Shown here: positions 56,863-64,000 of the stretch, one piece after another
How positions within the stretch are numbered: position 1 is the stretch's first letter
How the letters are laid out: each line of letters opens with the position of its first letter
NCBI GenBank assembly: GCA_009885825.1
Contig: VFJY01000046.1
Coordinates: 13,409 to 77,408 of the forward strand
Length of the DNA: 64,000 bases
Source: Rhodobiaceae bacterium
GTDB lineage: Bacteria; Pseudomonadota; Alphaproteobacteria; Rhizobiales; Aestuariivirgaceae
Reading direction: 5' to 3'
The notes under the pieces: model-generated
Told to the model about the DNA's origin: nothing
Seen by the model: the letters and a program-made list of their open reading frames with translations, nothing else
The model's database searches: none
Position numbers and translations under genes: made by a program

Positions 56863-57564
56863 TTAGCCCTTGGCCAATTGATTGTGCTTGCGCGCCATAA
56901 AGGCCTTGGCGGTTTCAACGGCCACGGCCGCGTCACGGCAATATGCATCTGCGCCAATGGCCTTGGCGAATTCTTCGTTGAGGGGAGCGCCGCCCACCAT
57001 CACCACGTAGTCATCGCGCATGCCTTTTTCCTTCAAGGTATCAATGACGACTTTCATATAGGGCATTGTGGTGGTGAGAAGCGCCGACATGCCGAGAATA
57101 TCGGGCTGATGCTCTTCAATAGCGGCCAGATATTTTTCAACAGAATTGTTAATGCCCAAATCGATGACTTCGAAGCCCGCGCCTTCCATCATCATGCCAA
57201 CGAGGTTTTTGCCGATGTCATGAATGTCGCCCTTGACGGTGCCTATCACCATTTTGCCCAGGCGCGGCGCGCCTGTCGCTATCAGAAGCGGCCGCAAAAT
57301 GAACATGCCAGCTTTCATGGAATTGGCGGCCAGCAAGACTTCCGGCACAAACAGAATGCCATCGCGGAAATCAATGCCGACGATGCGCATGCCTTCAACC
57401 AGCGCTTCCGTCAAAACCCTATAGGGAGCCCAGCCGCGGCCCAGCAGAATGTTAACGGCGGTTTCAACCTCTTCCTTCAAACCGTCATAGAGATCGTCAT
57501 GGACCTGCAGCACCAGATCTTCATCATTAAGGGAGTTCAGATCAAGTTCGCCGTCATCGCTCAT
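56863..57564 (-). CDS. Cobalamin-binding corrinoid protein (cap + B12-binding domains)
   Basis: GTVKGDIHDIGKNLV (DxHxxG), SALLTTT, VGGAP. Confidence 0.96.
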   Translation of the reverse strand: MSDDGELDLNSLNDEDLVLQVHDDLYDGLKEEVETAVNILLGRGWAPYRVLTEALVEGMRIVGIDFRDGILFVPEVLLAANSMKAGMFILRPLLIATGAPRLGKMVIGTVKGDIHDIGKNLVGMMMEGAGFEVIDLGINNSVEKYLAAIEEHQPDILGMSALLTTTMPYMKVVIDTLKEKGMRDDYVVMVGGAPLNEEFAKAIGADAYCRDAAVAVETAKAFMARKHNQLAKG

Positions 57565-57726
57565 GGGGGGACTCCGAGGGTCTATTTATCTTTAATACAA
57601 TAGGGCAATTGCTGCGCCAAACCGGGTCATCACGCGACATTCACATGCCGGAAAGCGACGGTTGAAGCAAGCGCAAATGACGGCTATTGGTAACGCCCTC
57701 CTGCCCCTTTCCCGGAAAGATTTGAC

Positions 57727-58968
57727 GTGGCCGCACCCCTCGACATCGCAAGCATCCGCGCCCAGTTTCCTGCTCTGGCAATCAATGATGGGAACGCGCC
57801 CCGCGTCTATTTCGACAATCCGGCGGGAACCCAGGTTCCCAGCCAGGTGATTGACCGGACAGTTGATACGCTGACTTCGAAAAACGCAAATCTCGGCGGC
57901 TATTTCACCACCACACGCGAGGCCGGAGCCATGGTGGACATGGCGCACCAGGCATGCGCTGATTTCTACAATGCCCGGAGCGCATCCGAAATTGTCTTCG
58001 GGCAGAACATGACAACATTGACACTGCACATGTCGCGCTGCCTGGGCCGAAAGTTCAAACGCGGAGATGAAATCGTGCTGTCGCGAATGGACCATGATGC
58101 CAACGTGGCCCCCTGGCTGCTGCTCGCCGATGATCTTGAACTGGTTGTGAAGTGGATGGATTTTGACCCGGAAACTTACGAGTTCCCGGAAGATGCTCTC
58201 CGCAAGGTGCTTTCGGACAAAACGCGCCTTGTGGCTCTGGGGCTGGCTTCAAATTGCACCGGCACCGTGAACGACGTGAAGACATTTGCGCTGGAAGCCA
58301 AAGCTGCCGGCGCGCTGGTTTATGTGGACGCGGTTCAATATGCGCCGCATTACGCCATCGACGTGCAAGCGCTGGGGGCTGATGTTCTGGTGTCATCCGC
58401 TTACAAATGGTTTGGGCCCCACATGGGAATTTTATGGGCGCGCGAAGAACTGCTGACGGAAACTTTCGCCTATAAGGTGCGGCCTGCGGGCGATGATCTG
58501 CCCCACAAATTTGAAACCGGCACCTTGAGCCATGAAGGCATGGCTGGGTGTTTGGGGGCCGTCGAATATCTTGAGCAGTTCGGCCAGGGAGATACACGGG
58601 CCAAACGCATCTCCACCGCATGGGACAAGCTTGTTGCCCATGAGCACGAAATCACACTGAAGTTGATGGACGGCTTGCGAAGTGTCAAAGGCCTGACGAT
58701 CCGCGGGCTGACATCGGCCAATGCCTTGCACCGCCGGGTTCCAACCGTTTCATTCACGCTGGATGGCCACCACCCCAATGCCCTGGCGCAAGGCTTTGCG
58801 GCGGAGAACATGTTTGTTTGGTCTGGCCATAACTATGCCATCGAGCCCGTCGGCCGCATGGGGCTTCTGGAAAAAGGCGGCGTGTTGCGCGTGGGCCTGG
58901 CGCATTACAATACAACGAATGAAGTTGAGCAGTTTCTTTCCTGCCTCACCCGCATCATCAGGAATTAG
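57727..58968 (+). CDS. Cysteine desulfurase-like class V PLP protein
   Basis: YFDNPAGTQVP, DHDANVAPW, DAVQYAPH, SAYKWFGPH, FETGT. Confidence 0.92.
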   Translation: MAAPLDIASIRAQFPALAINDGNAPRVYFDNPAGTQVPSQVIDRTVDTLTSKNANLGGYFTTTREAGAMVDMAHQACADFYNARSASEIVFGQNMTTLTLHMSRCLGRKFKRGDEIVLSRMDHDANVAPWLLLADDLELVVKWMDFDPETYEFPEDALRKVLSDKTRLVALGLASNCTGTVNDVKTFALEAKAAGALVYVDAVQYAPHYAIDVQALGADVLVSSAYKWFGPHMGILWAREELLTETFAYKVRPAGDDLPHKFETGTLSHEGMAGCLGAVEYLEQFGQGDTRAKRISTAWDKLVAHEHEITLKLMDGLRSVKGLTIRGLTSANALHRRVPTVSFTLDGHHPNALAQGFAAENMFVWSGHNYAIEPVGRMGLLEKGGVLRVGLAHYNTTNEVEQFLSCLTRIIRN

Positions 58969-58971
58969 CAC

Positions 58972-59901
58972 ATGGCCTATAGAATCGCAGTTATCGGTCT
59001 TGGCAAAATTGCGATGGACCAGCATCTGCCCTGCATTGCGAAGAACAAGGACTTTCAACTTGTTGCTGGCGTGAGCCGCAATGCGAAGCTTGATAGTGTT
59101 CCGTGCTTTGAATCTCTTGCAGCACTTATAGCGGGCGGCATCGCCGTTGATGCGGTGGCGCTATGCACCCCGCCATCGGTGCGGTTGGCCATGGCGCGGC
59201 AAGCGCTTGATGCAGGTTATCATGTTCTCATCGAAAAGCCACCGACACCCACGGTTGGGGAAATGGTGGCGATGATAGATTATGCGCGCGCGAAGAAACG
59301 TGTGCTCTATGCGACGTGGCATTCGCGTTACAACAAGGCGGTTGACGAGGCCAAAGCGAGGCTTGCGGGCAAGCACATAACGAAAATGAAAGTCATCTGG
59401 CGCGAGGATGTCAGGCGCTGGCATCCCAATCAGGAATGGATTTGGGAGCCCGGCGGCTTCGGCGTCTTCGATCCTGGCATCAATGCGTTGTCTATTGTCA
59501 CCAAGATCATGCCGGAGCCGATTTTTGTTGAGCGTGCCGTGATTGAAGTGCCGTCCAACAAGGCAACGCCGATTGCCGCGCAGATAAAGTTCAAACATGC
59601 TGATGGGGGTTCGGCTAACATGTCCGCCGATTTCGACTGGCGTCAAACCGGCGAGCAAACCTGGGAGATTGAGATCGCCACAGCGGATGGAATGTCGCTG
59701 TTTCTGAAACGCGGCGGATCTATCCTCGAAATCAACGGTAAGCAGATCATGGAAGCGCCATTGGAAGAATACGAATTGATCTACGAACACTTCCCCGAGT
59801 TGCTCAAGCGAGGAGAGACGTTTGCCGATGTAGCACCCCTGCAGCTTGTCTGTGATTGCTTCATGCTGGGCAGGCCGGCGCTGGTTGAGGCTTTTGTTTA
59901 G
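58972..59901 (+). CDS. Gfo/Idh/MocA oxidoreductase, galactose/arabinose 1-dehydrogenase-like
   Basis: GLGKIAMDQH, CTPP, EKPP, WREDVRRWHP.Q.WIW..GGFGVFDPGINALS. Confidence 0.9.
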   Translation: MAYRIAVIGLGKIAMDQHLPCIAKNKDFQLVAGVSRNAKLDSVPCFESLAALIAGGIAVDAVALCTPPSVRLAMARQALDAGYHVLIEKPPTPTVGEMVAMIDYARAKKRVLYATWHSRYNKAVDEAKARLAGKHITKMKVIWREDVRRWHPNQEWIWEPGGFGVFDPGINALSIVTKIMPEPIFVERAVIEVPSNKATPIAAQIKFKHADGGSANMSADFDWRQTGEQTWEIEIATADGMSLFLKRGGSILEINGKQIMEAPLEEYELIYEHFPELLKRGETFADVAPLQLVCDCFMLGRPALVEAFV

Positions 59902-60529
59902 AGGCCCGGCTCCAACAACATTTCAAGCATTCGCTCAGGGCGGTTCAAAAAATCGCGCGTGATCTGATAATGTTCAGTGTCTTTGTATTCCACCCGCTCC
60001 AACCCTCTGGAGCTGATCTGATAAATCCAGGCATCGGGATATGCCATCAATATCGGCGAGTGCGTAGCAATGACGAAAAAGACTCTCCATGCGATTGCTT
60101 GTGGAGGGAGACCCCGCCAAACGAGTCAATTATTGGCGGTGAGTTCGCGGGTTCGCTATCCAATCTTTCTATTTCAGTTGCGACATTGAAATAGCTTTCT
60201 GCGCGCAGAAAAAAACCGTCGCGCGCGCGCTTTACGGATTTCACCAATCTCAGGACTTTATGCAAATCCGAATGTGCCTTATGTGTATTGAAATTGAAGT
60301 TCTTTGAGCCCCCCTCGGCGTTAAATCCCCATGCCATTGCAATTGCTTCTATAACGGTTGATTTTCCAGAACCATTTTCGCCAATCAGGAAAGTCACGTT
60401 TGGATGGAATTCAACTTCGTGAAATTTGGATATGGCCGGCAAGGAAAACGGGAATTCAGTCCGGTTATCGACACCATCCCATAACAGCCTTGCTTTCAAG
60501 AGGTAGTGCTCTGCCTCATAAGATTTCAT
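59898..60529 (-). pseudogene. Predicted AAA/ABC-type ATPase disrupted by an internal deletion and frameshift
   Basis: GENGSGKST...SHGESF jumps into a different frame reading FVIATHSPILMAYPDA...EPGL*; the Walker B (DEPE) segment is absent. Confidence 0.85.
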
Positions 60530-60591
60530 GTTGAAATGATAGCTGCACGATGCCAGTTAACGCAAATGCGGTGCGCTTATTTGGTTAGCGG

Positions 60592-61608
60592 TTAATTCCC
60601 CCGACGCCGCTCCCGTTTCGCGGCACCTTCGGCGGCGGTGTCAATGCCTTTGGCCAATACCGAGACCGGACCCAGGCGCTCTTCGATGAGCTCAATCGAA
60701 GGCCTTGAGCCCCTGGTGTAGCCTTCCAGCGACTTCCGCATGGCGGCCAGATGGTGCGGGCTGGTGCCGCAGCAGCCGCCAATGATTTTGGCGCCGGCGT
60801 CGAGGGCGATGCGGGCGTAGTCGGCCATCAGTTCGGGGGTTCCGGTGTAGTGGATGTGGCCATCCTTGTATTGGGGAATGCCGCAATTGCCTTTGGCGAC
60901 GACCGCCGCATCCGGACGGGCCTCACTGATTCCCAAAATCGTTGCGATCAACTCCGATGCGCCAACACCGCAGTTGGCGCCGATGGCCACGGGCTGGGTT
61001 GAAAGCGAGCCTGCAAGCGCGCCAAAAGCCTTGGGCGTGATGCCCATCATGGTACGGCCGTTGGTGTCAAAACTCATGGTGGTCACAAGTGGCAGGCCAG
61101 CCTTGGCAGCCCCTTCAACGGCGGCGCGCAACTCTTCCTCGGAAGACATGGTTTCAATCCAGAGCACATCAACACCACCCTCTTTCAAGGCCATGGCCTG
61201 TTCTTCAAAGGCGGAGACACCCTCTTCGTGGGGCATGGTGCCGACGGGCATGAAAATTTCGCCCGTGGGGCCAATGGAGCCTGCCACATAGACAGCGCGG
61301 CTAACGGCACCCGCTTCGGCGCGGGCGAGCTTTGCCGCCGCCATGTTGATTTCGCGAACCTTGTCCTGATCATTGTGAAGCTTCAGGCGATGGCGATTGC
61401 CACCAAAGGTATTGGTGAGAATGATATCGGCGCCAGCCTCGATGAATTCCCGATGGAGCTTTCGCACCCGGTCCGTGTGCTGAAAATTCCAGAACTCCGG
61501 CGCATCGCCTGAAACCAGGCCCATCTGGAAATAGTTGGTTCCGGTCGCCCCATCGGCCAGGAGCCAGGGCCGGGTGGCAAGTGCTTCAGTGAATGATGGA
61601 TGCGCCAT
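60592..61608 (-). CDS. bmt: Stand-alone homocysteine methyltransferase (betaine-homocysteine MT / MetH Hcy module)
   Basis: LADGATGT, GADIILTNTFG, IETMS, GANCG, GNCG, GGCCG. Confidence 0.88.
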   Translation of the reverse strand: MAHPSFTEALATRPWLLADGATGTNYFQMGLVSGDAPEFWNFQHTDRVRKLHREFIEAGADIILTNTFGGNRHRLKLHNDQDKVREINMAAAKLARAEAGAVSRAVYVAGSIGPTGEIFMPVGTMPHEEGVSAFEEQAMALKEGGVDVLWIETMSSEEELRAAVEGAAKAGLPLVTTMSFDTNGRTMMGITPKAFGALAGSLSTQPVAIGANCGVGASELIATILGISEARPDAAVVAKGNCGIPQYKDGHIHYTGTPELMADYARIALDAGAKIIGGCCGTSPHHLAAMRKSLEGYTRGSRPSIELIEERLGPVSVLAKGIDTAAEGAAKRERRRGN

Positions 61609-61620
61609 GGAAACCTCTCA

Positions 61621-61640
61621 ATATAAAGAACTCTTTATAT
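61621..61640. promoter_or_regulatory. Palindrome ATATAAAG-AACT-CTTTATAT upstream of bmt, candidate methionine/SAM-cycle regulator site
   Basis: Perfect dyad 12 nt upstream of the bmt ATG; AT-rich in a GC-rich background. Confidence 0.7.
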
Positions 61641-61664
61641 GGTATCCAACCGCTTTGCAAAGCC

Positions 61665-61922
61665 CTATTGCGCTGGCAGATCCACCGCAACCCGCAGGAT
61701 GGACAGCCTATCGCGCCGCTCGATTCTGACCTTCACAGCCTCCGGCGTGACTGAGACATGCCGGGTAATGGCATCAATGATATCTTTCCTCATCTCGCTC
61801 AGCAGATTCATCCGGCTGGAGTTGGCGCGTTCGTGGGTGAGCAAAACCTGCAACCGTTCGCGGGCAACGGGCGCCGTGCCCGGTTGCAGATCACGGCGCT
61901 TGAACAAACCAAAAAAACTCAT
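61665..61922 (-). CDS. minE: Cell division topological specificity factor MinE
   Basis: TAPVARERLQVLLTHER...MRKDIIDAITRHV. Confidence 0.95.
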   Translation of the reverse strand: MSFFGLFKRRDLQPGTAPVARERLQVLLTHERANSSRMNLLSEMRKDIIDAITRHVSVTPEAVKVRIERRDRLSILRVAVDLPAQ

Positions 61923-62734
61923 GCCGCTCTCCCGCCGAAGATCTTGTTGATCAGATTGAAGCGGTCATGCGGAACATTCATTGCGACACTCTCGCCGATA
62001 AGCCTGCGGGCCGCGTCGGCATAGGCGCGCGCCGGTGCCGAGAGCGGATTTGCCAGTGTCACGGGCTGGCCCAGGTTTGAGGCGCGCAACACCTGGTCAC
62101 TTTCCGGAATGATGCCGAGGAGCGGCACGGACAAAATATCCATCACGTCTTCCACCCGCAGCATGTCGCCCCGCCCGGCGCGAGCCGGATCAAAGCGGGT
62201 GATCAGCAGGTGTTTTTCAACCAACTCGCCCTTTGCCGCCCTTTCAGTCTTGGCATCGAGAAGTCCGATGATGCGATCTGAATCGCGCACTGATGAAACT
62301 TCCGGGTTGGTCACAATCACCGCCGCATCGGCATGGCGCATGGCCATGACGGCGCCGCGTTCAATGCCTGCGGGGCTGTCGCAAATGATCCAGTCAAATT
62401 GCCCGCGCAATTCCTTGATGACACGGGCCAGGCCCTTTTCGCTCAGGGCATCCTTGTCGCGCGTTTGCGAGGCCGCAAGCAGGGACAGGGTTTCAATGCG
62501 CTTGTCCTTGATCAGCGCTTGATGCAGCTTGGCGTTGCCCTGGGCCACGTTGATGAGATCATAAACCACGCGGCGCTCCGCCCCCATGACGAGATCGAGA
62601 TTGCGCAAGCCAACGTCGAAATCGACGACGACGACATTTTTTCCACTAAGTGCGAGGGCGGCGCCCAAGGCAGCGGTGGAGGTTGTTTTGCCCACGCCTC
62701 CCTTGCCAGACGTTACGACGACAACTTTCGACAT
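61919..62734 (-). CDS. minD: Septum site-determining ATPase MinD
   Basis: TSGKGGVGKTT, DFDVGLRNLD, DSPAGIERG, NPEVSSVRDSDR. Confidence 0.97.
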   Translation of the reverse strand: MSKVVVVTSGKGGVGKTTSTAALGAALALSGKNVVVVDFDVGLRNLDLVMGAERRVVYDLINVAQGNAKLHQALIKDKRIETLSLLAASQTRDKDALSEKGLARVIKELRGQFDWIICDSPAGIERGAVMAMRHADAAVIVTNPEVSSVRDSDRIIGLLDAKTERAAKGELVEKHLLITRFDPARAGRGDMLRVEDVMDILSVPLLGIIPESDQVLRASNLGQPVTLANPLSAPARAYADAARRLIGESVAMNVPHDRFNLINKIFGGRAA

Positions 62735-62754
62735 TGGAATTGCTCCTGACATTT

Positions 62755-63492
62755 TCAGTTCATTGTTTCGATATTCATGATGTCTTGATTGAGCCGCGCC
62801 TGCACCGAAGTGCCGCGCAATTTGGGATCAAAGTCATCCGCCGTTTTGTAGAGGCCGTCGATCACCAGGATCTCGGCATCAAATTTATTGCAGAATATGC
62901 GCGCGCTGGCATTGCCATTGGTGCCCGCGAAAGCCCGGCCGCGCAGGCTGCCATAAACATGGATTGAACCACCCGCGATGATTTCCGCGCCCGACGCCAC
63001 AGAGCCAACAACGGTCACATCGCCATGGGGGAAAATAATCGATTGGCCGGAGCGCACCGGATAATCGATCAGCAGTGCCGAGCAGTCGGGAACGGCGGGT
63101 TCAAGTGGTTCATTATCGACAATCTTCAGCGGTTCAGGCCGGACCGGTTTGCGCTCTTCCGGTGGCTGGAAAATGCCGCCGGGCTGGGCGGCGCCAGGCA
63201 GTGGCGCCAGCCTTGCCGGCAGCCATTGTGGGTTCACGCCTTCCACCGCGATGAGCCTGAGATCGCGGCTTTCAATATGAGCCACGATCTCAAATGCTTC
63301 TTCCCTGGTGACGGCGATGTTGTGCAGATCGAGCACAATGGGCCGGTTTGAAAAAAAGCTCGGAGACTTGGTCTCCCAGCGGTCCAGCTCGGCGAGCCAC
63401 TCATCCAGAGGGCGCTCGGGAGACAGGGCGAAGGCCAGATAAGAACGGCCCAATAAACGAAATGATATCCGCGACTTAACAGCTACTGACAC
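62755..63492 (-). CDS. minC: Septum site-determining protein MinC
   Basis: FFSNRPIVLD, PVRSGQ, GAEIIAGGSIHVYGSLRGRAFAG; GTG start inferred. Confidence 0.95.
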   Translation of the reverse strand: MSVAVKSRISFRLLGRSYLAFALSPERPLDEWLAELDRWETKSPSFFSNRPIVLDLHNIAVTREEAFEIVAHIESRDLRLIAVEGVNPQWLPARLAPLPGAAQPGGIFQPPEERKPVRPEPLKIVDNEPLEPAVPDCSALLIDYPVRSGQSIIFPHGDVTVVGSVASGAEIIAGGSIHVYGSLRGRAFAGTNGNASARIFCNKFDAEILVIDGLYKTADDFDPKLRGTSVQARLNQDIMNIETMN

Positions 63493-63586
63493 GATGAACA
63501 CCCTCAAACACAACGCACCCCAGACCTGAGATTTCGCCAGATTATGGTTAATAAAGGGTTAACGAAATGTTACAGAGCGGGATAAA

Positions 63587-64000
63587 TCATCGCGCTGATC
63601 GACCACTCCAGCATGCATAGGCCGCCTCGCTCGCCAGCAAATTCATCTTCTCGTTGATGACTGACTCCGCCGGTTTTTCACCGGACGCCTTGAGTTTCAG
63701 CAGCGCCGTTTCAAGGTCGCAAATATCGGAAAACCGCATCACCGGAGCAAAATATTTTTCCTCGTTGTTTTCTTTTCCATGGGCGCAGAAAATTTCTGTC
63801 TGCGCGCTGATAAGAGCAAGCAGGCGCTGCGTCGAAGCGAGATAGTCATGCAAATCAGATCCCGGCACTTGGGCATAAAGCGGGCCGGGGTAGATGAAAT
63901 CCGCGGCAAACAGGATATTCGCGTCGGCCTCCCACAGGGAAATTGAATCAGGTGAGTGACCCGGCGTGTGGACCAGCTCAACCTTGCGCCCACCCAGATC
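63587..64000 (-). CDS. MBL-fold metallo-hydrolase (partial, start lies beyond the window)
   Basis: Manual translation DLGGRKVELVHTPGHSPDSISLW...LFAADFIYPGPLY...FCAHG. Confidence 0.88.
   Translation of the reverse strand, partial: DLGGRKVELVHTPGHSPDSISLWEADANILFAADFIYPGPLYAQVPGSDLHDYLASTQRLLALISAQTEIFCAHGKENNEEKYFAPVMRFSDICDLETALLKLKASGEKPAESVINEKMNLLASEAAYACWSGRSAR

Noticed and set aside
57565-57726. SAM-II or cobalamin riboswitch upstream of the corrinoid gene
   Set aside because: No conserved aptamer motifs recognisable on either strand.
61665-63492. minCDE as a novelty
   Set aside because: Standard intact operon, common in Rhizobiales.

Overview
This 64-kb window looks like GC-rich (roughly 55-60%) alphaproteobacterial chromosome, probably Hyphomicrobiales; that assignment is inferred from the epmA/efp, thiN-thiBPQ, phnWAY and minCDE gene set and from Rhizobiales-type palindromic repeats. 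In order it contains a polyamine acetylation/deacetylation and aminotransferase cluster; epmA-efp; a TPP-riboswitch thiamine uptake locus; uup; lemA-DUF2207; an extended 2-aminoethylphosphonate catabolic operon (MBL hydrolase-phnW-phnA-phnY-Na/Pi transporter-phosphodiesterase); a PotABCD-like transporter ending in an enolase-superfamily gene, with a PHO-box-like site upstream; and a LysR-ABM-PfpI module. A dispersed but apparently complete corrinoid-dependent methyl-transfer / split methionine synthase system spans about 33-62 kb: three non-pyrrolysine MttB-family methyltransferases, a corrinoid protein, two homocysteine methyltransferases, a pterin-binding MeTr, RACo, DUF1638 and a QueG/CblC-like ferredoxin. 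The window also has a TacAT toxin-antitoxin pair, a low-GC orphan gene, a copper-resistance cluster, an IS3 relic, an internally deleted AAA-ATPase pseudogene and minCDE. Two features stand out. First, three diverged copies of a ~140-nt structured minus-strand element (repeated UGCCC-type loops, G-U wobble covariation, terminator-like hairpin) bracket the copper cluster; it is a candidate uncharacterised multicopy sRNA. Second, a tightly coupled lysR-mttB-psuK-psuG-AKR-mttB operon suggests B12-dependent demethylation linked to pseudouridine/C-nucleoside catabolism. All family calls come from motif recognition by eye; no database searches were run. No rRNA, tRNA or CRISPR array was seen.
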